This document shows, piece by piece, positions 38,539 to 46,312 of a DNA stretch of 56,673 bases. Position 1 is the stretch's first letter, and every line of letters starts with the position of its first letter. The notes under the pieces are model-generated. The model did not search any database. It worked only from the letters and a program-made list of their open reading frames with translations, and had not been told where the DNA came from. The stretch lies in IMG/VR virus record IMGVR_UViG_3300020050_012089; one strand, written 5' to 3'. The DNA is from a virus. The translations under genes and the position numbers were made by a program.

Positions 38539-39010
38539 TTTTATCCTTTTCTTGCTCTCTGTAAACATCTGAAAATGCTAAGTAAGGGTTGTAAATCATG
38601 TTATATTTTTGCACTACTTTGATGCAATTTTTAGTAAAATGAGTATAAAACGAAGCTTTTGACGTATCTATTTTTGCTGCATCAAGTAGTACTTTTCCAA
38701 TGCCCAGAAACCTAAACGTGTGTTTTACATATACAAAATGCACTACTTGTACACCAGTCACTTCTTCAGTTACTGCATACCCGATAATGTCTCCAGGGTT
38801 ATTAGCATCACAAGCAACAAGAACGCTGCATGTTTTAAGTAACTTTTCTAGCACCTTATGATGGGAATTAAAGTAAATATTTTTAGCAATGTTCTTAGAA
38901 AACACAGAGTCTCTAAAACTCTTTAACCAAGAATTGAAAATAAAATTTACATCTTCTTCAGTGGCTGGGCGTATTCTCACTGCCGGAGCTTGTTGGGTCT
39001 TCGTCGTCAT
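38522..39010 (-). CDS. GNAT family acetyltransferase
   Basis: IRPATEEDVNFI..., VHFVYVKHTFRFLGIGKVLLDAA (acetyl-CoA binding Q/RxxGxG/A-like). Confidence 0.55.
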   Translation of the reverse strand: MTTKTQQAPAVRIRPATEEDVNFIFNSWLKSFRDSVFSKNIAKNIYFNSHHKVLEKLLKTCSVLVACDANNPGDIIGYAVTEEVTGVQVVHFVYVKHTFRFLGIGKVLLDAAKIDTSKASFYTHFTKNCIKVVQKYNMIYNPYLAFSDVYREQEKDKNEPKS

Positions 39011-39257
39011 TTTCTTCTTCTCCTAGAAATTCTTTTTCATCTATAAGTTCCTGACTTGTGTCCCAGGAAGTTTGTATTTTAACTTTCAGTATAATGCTTG
39101 TAGAGTCTGTAGGTGTGCCATACTCTTCGTGTTCTGCTTGCAAATCGTGCAGCGATAAACTAATTTCGTGAGCAGATTCTTCACCTTGCAAAACTGCTTT
39201 TGAAATCATAAAGTGAAGCACACTATGAGCCTTAGCTCCCATGTTATTTTTGCTCAT
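38958..39257 (-). CDS. acidic hypothetical protein (99 aa)
   Basis: ORF with a strongly acidic C-terminal tail (EEENDDED). Confidence 0.4.
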   Translation of the reverse strand: MSKNNMGAKAHSVLHFMISKAVLQGEESAHEISLSLHDLQAEHEEYGTPTDSTSIILKVKIQTSWDTSQELIDEKEFLGEEENDDEDPTSSGSENTPSH

Positions 39258-39423
39258 TTTTATCTTCTCTTGGCAGGTAATTTAGAGCATCGTTAAGAGA
39301 ATTAATTTTTTCCCTACAAGTTTGAATAGCCTCGTCAAGTTTTTCTCTAGAGTAAATCAAACGCCCATACTCACATAGCAGCTTATCTGCTTGGTCTTTT
39401 ACCGCTTTTTGCATATTTTTCAT
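39244..39423 (-). CDS. small hypothetical protein (59 aa)
   Basis: ATGA-coupled to the upstream gene; below the track threshold; helical-looking. Confidence 0.3.
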   Translation of the reverse strand: MKNMQKAVKDQADKLLCEYGRLIYSREKLDEAIQTCREKINSLNDALNYLPREDKNEQK

Positions 39424-39746
39424 GTTCCAGTGCCTCCGCTTGTAAGTTTTTTCACAAGTTCAATAAGTTCTGCGTCAGATTTATTTGCTAAATTAAGAGA
39501 TTCAAGCGCTTCACGCTCTTCTTTTTGAGTTTTTACTAAAGTTTCGATGTAGCCTTGCACTACTCGAGCTTCTTGTAATGTTAAAAATTGATTTTTGTTG
39601 ACTTTAGAGCTGTATCTTGCAATTTCAAGTGCTATAATATTTTTAGCATCTCGTAGTATGGTTTCTGTGGATACATCGAAAGTAACTGTGAGCGGTTTAG
39701 CTCTTTGAGAATCTGGAATTATTACTTTTGGACGTTTTTCTGACAT
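39420..39746 (-). CDS. hypothetical protein (108 aa), first gene after late-motif copy
   Basis: ORF preceded by the ATAAC...TATATA motif at 39759..39786. Confidence 0.45.
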   Translation of the reverse strand: MSEKRPKVIIPDSQRAKPLTVTFDVSTETILRDAKNIIALEIARYSSKVNKNQFLTLQEARVVQGYIETLVKTQKEEREALESLNLANKSDAELIELVKKLTSGGTGT

Positions 39747-39758
39747 ACCATACCTTTT

Positions 39759-39786
39759 GCAATATATAGTATAGTAAAAGCGTTAT
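39759..39786 (-). promoter_or_regulatory. late-gene motif variant ATAACGCTTTTACTATACTATATATTGC
   Basis: Aligns with the 18055..18080 and 15791..15815 motifs (ATAAC-NN-TTT-N-ACT-...-TATATA). Lies at the head of the packaging/structural gene string. Confidence 0.35.
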
Positions 39787-39793
39787 GTGTATA

Positions 39794-39976
39794 TTATTTA
39801 GACAGATATAGGTACAGTATTAAATACTTTTCAAACTTCCACATCTGGCCCCTGAACAAAATAATACCAGTTTCTTCATACGCATTATACGTCAGCTCTA
39901 GTTTGGCACACAAATGTCGTATTTCTTCTGATTGCTTCTCACAACTTGCATTTTTAAACTGCACTAGACTAAGCAT
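39794..39976 (-). CDS. hypothetical protein (60 aa)
   Basis: ORF overlapping the stop of the upstream small membrane ORF. Confidence 0.35.
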   Translation of the reverse strand: MLSLVQFKNASCEKQSEEIRHLCAKLELTYNAYEETGIILFRGQMWKFEKYLILYLYLSK

Positions 39977-40139
39977 TAGGGTCCCCTATGTTCGTAATTC
40001 CATAACCAAGGCGGCGCATGATGAAAGGAATAGTAGCGATGACCGCTAGACCCCAAATAGGAGACTGGAGCCCCTCTTTAAAAATAATTCCAATAATTAT
40101 AGCCAATAAATAAGCGGTTATTAAATTTTTGATGTTCAT
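39969..40139 (-). CDS. small membrane protein (56 aa)
   Basis: ATGA-coupled to the upstream gene; two hydrophobic segments; below the track threshold. Confidence 0.3.
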   Translation of the reverse strand: MNIKNLITAYLLAIIIGIIFKEGLQSPIWGLAVIATIPFIMRRLGYGITNIGDPNA

Positions 40140-40375
40140 ATATTGCGCATCGCTTTTAGTAAAGGATTATCATTATAAATTAAGGACTTCATAATTGCTG
40201 GGGGATAATAAAGTTCAAGCATAAACTTAAATTTTTTAGGTCCATCTATGTTATTTTTAGCAATAAAATACCGAATATCAAGATTTTCAATATTCTTAGT
40301 GTATTTTAATCTATATTTTTTAAAATGATTAATTCGCCTAGATTTAAAGGCATTATAAGTATTAATTAATGACAT
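40136..40375 (-). CDS. hypothetical protein (79 aa)
   Basis: ORF with GGGGGGA SD downstream of the sigma-70-like promoter at 40481..40509. Confidence 0.4.
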   Translation of the reverse strand: MSLINTYNAFKSRRINHFKKYRLKYTKNIENLDIRYFIAKNNIDGPKKFKFMLELYYPPAIMKSLIYNDNPLLKAMRNI

Positions 40376-40480
40376 TAGACTCCCCCCGACTATTTACTAA
40401 AGTAAACTTGTTAGGGCCCTTGTCCCTCTCTTTTTTTCTTTGTATTTCTGTTTGCACGTATTTCTCCTTGTTAAGTAGTA

Positions 40481-40509
40481 GTTATACAGAGGTTGTAAAC
40501 TTAAGTCAA
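40481..40509 (-). promoter_or_regulatory. sigma-70-type promoter TTGACT-N17-TATAAC
   Basis: Minus strand reads TTGACT, 17 nt, TATAAC in an intergenic gap upstream of 40375. Confidence 0.45.
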
Positions 40510-40596
40510 GTTTATTTTTCTGAAAGAATTTGCAGAAGTAATTCCATTCCAAGATGCCCTATACCAACCCATATTGCGAATACTAACATGTCCATA

Positions 40597-40803
40597 CTAC
40601 GCTTCTCCTGCAATTTCAAATCTTTGTATAGCATTAAATGAGTAAGTATGGGGCTCTACTCTTGCTTCTAAAGATTGCACGGTAAAGAAGTCGAAGAAGT
40701 TTTTGTCACTTAACGGCTCTACCTCAATAACTTTAAACAACTCTTCTGTATGTTTGTTAACCAAGATGGTACCAACTTTAATTCCTACTTTAGATTTTTT
40801 CAC
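40597..40803 (-). CDS. hypothetical protein (68 aa)
   Basis: ORF directly abutting the stop of the protease gene. Confidence 0.45.
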   Translation of the reverse strand: MKKSKVGIKVGTILVNKHTEELFKVIEVEPLSDKNFFDFFTVQSLEARVEPHTYSFNAIQRFEIAGEA

Positions 40804-41544
40804 TTATAATCCCCCTTTAGCTCTAGTTTTAAAAGTTTGTAAATTTGATGCTACTCTTGTAACTATACGCGGTGCAGCAAAACTTGAACCTTGTCTGTAC
40901 AACTTTTCTCCATTAGGTCCTGTTTTATACATCTTAACTGCCCATCCCGACTCTATATAATCTACAATTTTACCAGTATTAGACATTGTCCCATGGTATC
41001 CTACAACAATAGCCCTTTTATCGTAGCAGGCAGGGTACAGGTTGCACTTGGCATCTAAACTGCGTCCATTATTACCTGCTGCAATAACAAGAATCACACC
41101 TGCATCTAAAGCACGCTTTATAGCTAACTTCTCTGATGTAACATAATAATCAGTGCTTATACTTAAGTTAATTATGTCTGCTTTTAATGTTATAGCAGTG
41201 TTTATAGCTCGAGCTACAGAATCATTTGAAGAACCTAATTTTTTATCAAAGATTTTAAATGGAATTACACAGTACTTAGCTACTTTTGGCATGTAATGGT
41301 CTATAACATTAGCTACTTCAGTGCCATGACCGTCAAAATCTGTAGCGTCCTCTTCAGGCACTGTAGTATAAGACATGCCGTAGTCGCATATTGGAGCATT
41401 TGTTTGTGCCTTATTCACACCCGTATCAATAATTGCAATTCGGATGGGCCCTTCAGCTCTGGCAGGGCTACAACCGTACATAGCTACAATCCAAAATGTA
41501 AGTATGAAGCAGTATAATGCAAAGTTTTTGTAATTTAATTTCAT
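40804..41544 (-). CDS. secreted subtilisin-like (S8) serine protease
   Basis: Signal peptide ending ARA|E. Catalytic Asp IAIIDTGV, His HGTEVANVI, oxyanion AAGNNG, Ser GSSFAAPRI. Confidence 0.85.
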   Translation of the reverse strand: MKLNYKNFALYCFILTFWIVAMYGCSPARAEGPIRIAIIDTGVNKAQTNAPICDYGMSYTTVPEEDATDFDGHGTEVANVIDHYMPKVAKYCVIPFKIFDKKLGSSNDSVARAINTAITLKADIINLSISTDYYVTSEKLAIKRALDAGVILVIAAGNNGRSLDAKCNLYPACYDKRAIVVGYHGTMSNTGKIVDYIESGWAVKMYKTGPNGEKLYRQGSSFAAPRIVTRVASNLQTFKTRAKGGL

Positions 41545-41591
41545 GTTTAGGCACCCCCATGCCTTTGTAGGCTACAATTGCCTACCTATAC

Positions 41592-41618
41592 TTATCGGAT
41601 TTAGGCCCTAATACTTTA
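41592..41618 (-). promoter_or_regulatory. sigma-28 (FliA)-type promoter: TAAAGTAT-N11-TCCGATAA
   Basis: Matches TAAAGTTT-N11-GCCGATAA. It lies 48 nt upstream of the protease ATG and is followed by the stem-loop GTAGGC-N7-GCCTAC at 41567..41585. Confidence 0.55.
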
Positions 41619-41912
41619 ATTTTTATTGTAACCTATAGATAAGTTTATAAAACCATTTTTATCGTGGCCTCTATATGTATCTAATTGAGATTGAAGTTGG
41701 TCAATCTTAGCTTGCATAAGTTTAACCACAAGCTGATGCCCATTTCTAACTTTAAACTTTTTAAATAGTGCAGTTTTATGAAACTTTACAGTGCAAACGG
41801 CGATGCACAAAATATCAGAAATTTCTTTATTGCCTTTTCCTTCTAATATTAGTGCAATAATTCTCTGCTTACTTCTTTGCTCAAAGGCTTGAACTGGCTT
41901 TGTCTTACTCAT
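41616..41912 (-). CDS. stand-alone GerE/LuxR-type HTH regulator (98 aa)
   Basis: LILEGKGNKEISDILCIAVCTVKFHKTALFKKFKVRN matches the LuxR C-terminal HTH; no receiver or ligand domain. Confidence 0.7.
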   Translation of the reverse strand: MSKTKPVQAFEQRSKQRIIALILEGKGNKEISDILCIAVCTVKFHKTALFKKFKVRNGHQLVVKLMQAKIDQLQSQLDTYRGHDKNGFINLSIGYNKN

Positions 41913-41950
41913 TTTAAAGTCCCCCCGAACTTTTGCCCCACTTAAGGAGC

Positions 41951-41975
41951 TTAAAATTGGCCTATCCTTAGGCCC
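41951..41975 (-). promoter_or_regulatory. shared intergenic element GGGCCTAAGGATAGGCCAATTTTAA (hairpin GGCCT-N6-AGGCC)
   Basis: Near-identical copy at 43019..43043. Both lie between a stop codon and the next gene and are followed by TTCGGGGGG SD regions. Confidence 0.35.
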
Positions 41976-41982
41976 TTAAAAC

Positions 41983-42993
41983 TTATGCTTCGATTCTCTT
42001 CTTAGCTATTTCTGTATACTCTTCATTCAACTCTATACCAATAAAATTGTAACCTAGATTCTTTGCTGCTACTCCAGTGCTTCCGCTTCCCATAAATGGG
42101 TCTAAAGTAGTGCCTCCGGCTGGAGTTACAAGGCGTATGAGGTACTCCATTAGCTTGATTGGTTTAACGGTTGGATGCACATTGCCCTCACCACGTTCAC
42201 GCTTACTTGCTTTTGCTACATAGAAGAAACGAGATGCCCCGCCAGAGTCCCCTGCTCTATTAGCTGTTTCAAACTCACACCCAGATTTAAAATTTACTGT
42301 TTCAGTGTGTTTTCGCTTGTATGGCTTTAGGTCTCCGCTTTTTAAAACCCCACTCTGCTCATTAAGCATTTCAGCTGCAACTTCATCCAAAATTATATTT
42401 GCTGGCCAGCGACCTTCTACTGTCTTACCCTCGGCATCCTGATTGAATCCGCTTCCTGAATGCTCTGGCCTTCCCATTGATTTGCTGATTACTGTACTCG
42501 CAGGCGGGTTAAATCTTTTCTCAGTCCCAATCCTACTCTCATCAATATTGATTGCACCTGTTCCATACTTAAGAACATTTGCAGCTAATGTTAAACCTTT
42601 CTCTAAAGGCTTTCTTGCAACGCATATAGGTTCATTTGCTGGTTTTAAAGCTGAGCCCCAGCCTTTATTTTCATCTTTAAGGTTCATACTTTTTGGAAAG
42701 CCTGAACCGTACAACCACTGAATCTGGTCACGAATCTCAAAACCAGCGTCTTCAATATTAACAACTAAGCGGTGGTATGTGCGAGTGCCGCCGAAACAAA
42801 GAAGGTGGCCTCCAGGCTTCAACACTCTTAGTGCTTGTCTCCAAATGTCCACGCTAGGTACTTCATAATCCCATTTCTTGCCCATAAATGATAGGCCATA
42901 TGGAGCATCAGTTACAATACTGTCTACACTATTAGCTTCTAGGTTAGCTAAAACTAAAAGACTATCACCTGTTAATAAATTTATTGTACTCAT
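41983..42993 (-). CDS. DNA methyltransferase (N6-adenine/N4-cytosine, beta class), orphan
   Basis: Motif IV DSIVTDAPYG near the N-terminus and motif I LDPFMGSGSTGVAA near the C-terminus. No adjacent restriction gene recognised. Confidence 0.9.
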   Translation of the reverse strand: MSTINLLTGDSLLVLANLEANSVDSIVTDAPYGLSFMGKKWDYEVPSVDIWRQALRVLKPGGHLLCFGGTRTYHRLVVNIEDAGFEIRDQIQWLYGSGFPKSMNLKDENKGWGSALKPANEPICVARKPLEKGLTLAANVLKYGTGAINIDESRIGTEKRFNPPASTVISKSMGRPEHSGSGFNQDAEGKTVEGRWPANIILDEVAAEMLNEQSGVLKSGDLKPYKRKHTETVNFKSGCEFETANRAGDSGGASRFFYVAKASKRERGEGNVHPTVKPIKLMEYLIRLVTPAGGTTLDPFMGSGSTGVAAKNLGYNFIGIELNEEYTEIAKKRIEA

Positions 42994-43018
42994 ACTTCCC
43001 CCCGAAAGTTTATTATTT

Positions 43019-43043
43019 ATAAAATTGGCCCATCCTTAGGCCC
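43019..43043 (-). promoter_or_regulatory. shared intergenic element GGGCCTAAGGATGGGCCAATTTTAT
   Basis: Second copy of the 41951..41975 element, upstream of the methyltransferase gene. Confidence 0.35.
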
Positions 43044-43051
43044 AAAACATA

Positions 43052-43477
43052 CTAATTAATTGTACCATCACTGTTTAGTGTAAAGTGACAAGCTTGTGAG
43101 TCTGTAGTTACATACGACCCAGGACTAAGCACTGCTAGGAACTGCAAATTGCCTGAAGCAAAGTGTGCAATCACCTGACCGTTTGCTAAGCGAAGTAGCA
43201 CCTCATCAAATTGTCCTGGAGCATCGCCACACGGGTCCAAAATTTCTGTTACAGTAAATGCAGTTGGTGGAGCATTTTGACCGTCTGCACCATTAGTCCC
43301 ATTAAGTATTAAAGTACTTGTCCCATCTTGACACGTAATTACAGCGCCGTTAGAAGCTTGAGCAACTGAGCATGAGCTGCCGTCTTTACCATCACTGCCA
43401 TTAAACCCTCTATCGCCCTTCTTAGCGCAAGCGCTTAATGCAAGAATGGATAAACTTAGTAACAATAAATTTTTCAT
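43052..43477 (-). CDS. lipoprotein with short collagen-like Gly-X-Y repeats
   Basis: Signal peptide plus lipobox LSAC; GDRGFNGSDGKDGSS and GTNGADGQN triplets. Confidence 0.7.
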   Translation of the reverse strand: MKNLLLLSLSILALSACAKKGDRGFNGSDGKDGSSCSVAQASNGAVITCQDGTSTLILNGTNGADGQNAPPTAFTVTEILDPCGDAPGQFDEVLLRLANGQVIAHFASGNLQFLAVLSPGSYVTTDSQACHFTLNSDGTIN

Positions 43478-43521
43478 ATTTCTATCCTTTGTTTTTTGTG
43501 CCTTAATCGGCTACATTAATC

Positions 43522-43548
43522 TTATCGGGCTTATTCCCAGAAACTTTA
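43522..43548 (-). promoter_or_regulatory. sigma-28 (FliA)-type promoter: TAAAGTTT-N11-CCCGATAA
   Basis: Exact -35 octamer, 7/8 match in the -10 octamer, 45 nt upstream of the lipoprotein ATG. Confidence 0.6.
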
Positions 43549-43556
43549 ACCTTATT

Positions 43557-43883
43557 TTAAAAATCATATCTATAATTAAGTGTAACTATATTAGGCTCAT
43601 CGTCCTTAAACTTCCATTCTATGGTTGCATTTTTAGTTACCGGAACTCTAAACTTTTTAGCACCTAAACTTCCGTACGCCAAAACTGCAAATAAAGCGGC
43701 TTCCGGTTCATTTCGGTACATATACTTACCAACCTGCTTTGCATCCCTCTTTACCTGCACATTATGAGATAGGTAGGCTTTTGTAAGCTGGTTACATTCC
43801 ACGTCATATAAGCAAAATGTCAATACAAGCATTTCTAACATAGGCCCCTGGTATAGAATACAAAAACATAGCACTAAATACAA
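43557..43883 (-). CDS. hypothetical protein ending in an outer-membrane beta-signal-like motif
   Basis: C-terminus VTLNYRYDF (alternating hydrophobics, terminal Phe). Start codon uncertain (TTG at 43883 or internal ATG). Confidence 0.4.
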   Translation of the reverse strand: MYLVLCFCILYQGPMLEMLVLTFCLYDVECNQLTKAYLSHNVQVKRDAKQVGKYMYRNEPEAALFAVLAYGSLGAKKFRVPVTKNATIEWKFKDDEPNIVTLNYRYDF

Positions 43884-43903
43884 GAAAATTCGGACACATG
43901 TAC

Positions 43904-44530
43904 CTATTTGACACGCTTAAGTTGAACAGAAAAGCCGACCCCATGCCTCTGATAATCTGGCACTTTATATATACTTGATGGGTATAATTTATGCGAAGCC
44001 CAGAAGCGATACATAGTTTGTCCTACTTTAAATTCGTACCTAAAGCTCCAATATGGGCCCATAGTGCAGAAATACCAGAAAGGCACCTTACCATCCTTAG
44101 TTCCATCATTTCCATCTTCCAGTGCTGCTAAAGTTTCATACGGAATGTTATCTTTATCAGTTCCAAAGCTGGCCTTAAACTTTACTTTTTTAGGGTCCAC
44201 GATTGGTGCAAAGAGGGGTACAAATCTTAAATTATTTGCAGGATTTCTATAGTACCAATACAATTGTCTAAACCATAAAGGGTGATTAGGAAACTCTGCT
44301 GAAGCACTTAAACCATCCTCTTCATTACCAAAAATCCAAAATAATTTCCATGTCCAGGCGCTTATTTTCTTAGGGTTGCCTTGACCGTCTTTAAAATATT
44401 TAGAATCTCTAATATGATAAGCTTTAAAAGAAATAGCTATAGGCACCAGCACAAATCCTAAAAAAGACAACACAGTCTTCACTATTAGCGTTGTAATTGA
44501 TAGAGGTAAAAATAATAATATATTAAACAT
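43904..44530 (-). CDS. membrane protein (208 aa)
   Basis: N-terminal hydrophobic helices; Trp/Tyr-rich body (WYYRNPANNLRF); no family confidently recognised. Confidence 0.5.
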   Translation of the reverse strand: MFNILLFLPLSITTLIVKTVLSFLGFVLVPIAISFKAYHIRDSKYFKDGQGNPKKISAWTWKLFWIFGNEEDGLSASAEFPNHPLWFRQLYWYYRNPANNLRFVPLFAPIVDPKKVKFKASFGTDKDNIPYETLAALEDGNDGTKDGKVPFWYFCTMGPYWSFRYEFKVGQTMYRFWASHKLYPSSIYKVPDYQRHGVGFSVQLKRVK

Positions 44531-44654
44531 ATTTCCAAGCCTTTCTTTTTATAATTTTATATAAAGTTGTTCTAACAATGCCAAATCTTTTACATAAAGA
44601 CATGGTGCCCTCTTTTCCAAATAACTTACGTATTTCTTGGGTCAATTTCATCAT
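44523..44654 (-). CDS. small HTH-like protein (43 aa)
   Basis: MSLCKRFGIVRTTLYKIIKRKAW resembles a short Hin/sigma-r4-like HTH. Below the track threshold; overlaps the next start by 8 nt. Confidence 0.3.
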   Translation of the reverse strand: MMKLTQEIRKLFGKEGTMSLCKRFGIVRTTLYKIIKRKAWKYV

Positions 44655-44729
44655 GACCTAACATCGGACTTTTACATATTTCACACATAACTCTTCCAGC
44701 GCTTTGTAACCTGTTTGAATAATTGAATC

Positions 44730-45014
44730 TCATCCTACTTCTCCCTCGCCTCTAAATTTTTGCTTCAATTTTCCAACGTGAAAGCTAAAAGCAAGTGAGG
44801 CCATAAACTCTACTGATTCTGGCTTTAATGGCTTAACTAATTTCTCTACCGCTTTGAAATCGCAAGGAGGGTCAAGCTCTGAGCGTTCAAGCTTAGATAA
44901 GTTTCCGAAATCCATTTTCAAAAGCTCTCCACATTTTCTAAGCGTCAGTTCTTTTTCGATTCTAAAATGTTTAAGCCATCCTCCGAAAGAATAGTCTCTT
45001 GTAATGTCGCTCAC
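44730..45014 (-). CDS. XRE-family HTH protein
   Basis: LKHFRIEKELTLRKCGELLKMDFGNLSKLERSE fits the HTH_3 pattern. Confidence 0.55.
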   Translation of the reverse strand: MSDITRDYSFGGWLKHFRIEKELTLRKCGELLKMDFGNLSKLERSELDPPCDFKAVEKLVKPLKPESVEFMASLAFSFHVGKLKQKFRGEGEVG

Positions 45015-45283
45015 ACCTTCTCCTGTTCCAGCGCTGCGAGTGCAAGTTTGATTTCAAAATATGAATGAGAGTCAATTCTTACGCATCCTTTTATTTCACG
45101 AACGCTTGTATTTTTTAATGCCTCCACAAGCTTTGCGTATTTTTCTTGTAAGTCGAGCAGGGCTTGTATTTCTATGGTGTGGATTCCTATAAATAATCTT
45201 GTTTCGCCATGTGAAGCAACAAAATCTCTACCTCTCTTTTCTCCTTGAGAAATCCAAAATTCTTTATACTTCTGCTCGCTCAT
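45011..45283 (-). CDS. hypothetical protein (90 aa)
   Basis: ORF with a 4-nt overlap with the XRE gene. Confidence 0.45.
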   Translation of the reverse strand: MSEQKYKEFWISQGEKRGRDFVASHGETRLFIGIHTIEIQALLDLQEKYAKLVEALKNTSVREIKGCVRIDSHSYFEIKLALAALEQEKV

Positions 45284-45380
45284 CTCTTGTCCCTCTTATA
45301 TTGTTTGTATGCATAATAAAAACCAGGTGATTCAATAACTAGTGCAACAACAATGAGAATGCACCAAACCTTAAGCTCGC

Positions 45381-45551
45381 TCATGGATTAGGCTCCTGTT
45401 TAAGTTTCATAAATTTACCGCAATACTGGCATTTGTTATGTGGATTATGTCCATGAGTAGGACAGTCATCGTCTGGCTCTAGTGCCGAAATTGAGCAATA
45501 GCATCCTGACGGAAGTTCACATTTATCATTTGGATGTACTTTCTTTTTCAC
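45381..45551 (-). CDS. small Cys/His-rich protein (56 aa)
   Basis: GTGA-coupled start; CxxxxxCxC...C.TH.H...CQYC. Below the track threshold. A further 34-aa membrane ORF (45280..45384) is ATGA-coupled on both sides. Confidence 0.3.
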   Translation of the reverse strand: MKKKVHPNDKCELPSGCYCSISALEPDDDCPTHGHNPHNKCQYCGKFMKLKQEPNP

Positions 45552-45781
45552 TTAACCACTCCACTCACAAGCGTCTCTACTTGCTCTATGGCTTGTCTGG
45601 CTCTAGTTCCGGCAGGATATTCAACAACAAAACATGGTACTACATCTGGTCCACCAGCATTTTCTCTGTCGCCGTAGTAAATATAAGAATGATGATTTTT
45701 TCTATCGCATCTTTGCCGTAGAGCGCGCCATGTATTATAAAGAGGGTGAGATTTAACTTTATTTGTTTTTTGTGTACTCAT
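45548..45781 (-). CDS. hypothetical protein with an N-terminal motif seen in phage HNH/AP2-type endonucleases, no catalytic part
   Basis: HPLYNTWRALRQRCDRKNHHSYIYYG resembles the common phage Y..W..M..RC......Y..YG motif, but the rest diverges. Confidence 0.4.
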   Translation of the reverse strand: MSTQKTNKVKSHPLYNTWRALRQRCDRKNHHSYIYYGDRENAGGPDVVPCFVVEYPAGTRARQAIEQVETLVSGVVK

Positions 45782-45827
45782 CCAATACCTCCATTGTTAT
45801 CTTGCTTGGGCGGGGTTAGGTTTGGGT

Positions 45828-46004
45828 TCATAATTCTCCTAAATAAACTAATTCGTATTTTGATATGTGGTGTTCATCGCCAAATTTTAAATACTCTTTA
45901 TGCAGGTCATAGTGGTCCCACTCAAAGCCAACAAAGCATTCATCAACAACTGTTTGAAAAACAATTATGTCAATACTCGGAATGTAGAATGCAAATTGTC
46001 TCAC
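45828..46004 (-). CDS. hypothetical protein (58 aa); possible paralog of 1740..1943
   Basis: GTG 46004 overlaps the upstream TGA (GTGA). The track start at 46070 lies inside the upstream gene. QFAFY...SKYE..YLGEL. Confidence 0.4.
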   Translation of the reverse strand: MRQFAFYIPSIDIIVFQTVVDECFVGFEWDHYDLHKEYLKFGDEHHISKYELVYLGEL

Positions 46005-46312
46005 TTCTCTCTCCCAATTTTCCAAGCTTCGTACGCCTCGATAGCGTGTCTTGCCACTAAACAATCGCATCCGTGTAAATTATCATTCTTAAAGCCCTCT
46101 TCATGAGAACCATAGTGAGAGTTGCATGCTCTACAATACTTTGGGTAATATTTTAACGCCGAAACCAAAGCCTGCGCCTGTTCTTCTAGCTCGGTGAGTT
46201 TGGATGATTCAACAACTTCAATACCTTTAAACTTTCTCGTTTCATTTTCTTTCGCTACATAATCTAGGCCAAGAGTGTCGTTGAATTTTTCATCGTTAAT
46301 ATGGTATTTCAT
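46001..46312 (-). CDS. hypothetical protein (103 aa)
   Basis: ORF in the coupled small-gene string; Cys/His cluster CRACNSHYGSH...HGCDC. Confidence 0.5.
   Translation of the reverse strand: MKYHINDEKFNDTLGLDYVAKENETRKFKGIEVVESSKLTELEEQAQALVSALKYYPKYCRACNSHYGSHEEGFKNDNLHGCDCLVARHAIEAYEAWKIGREK

Noticed and set aside
44730-45283. Toxin-antitoxin pair or lysogeny module (90-aa ORF plus overlapping XRE HTH gene)
   Set aside because: The upstream protein shows no recognisable toxin motifs. No integrase, excisionase or attachment site is present. The XRE protein alone is insufficient evidence for lysogeny or a toxin-antitoxin system.
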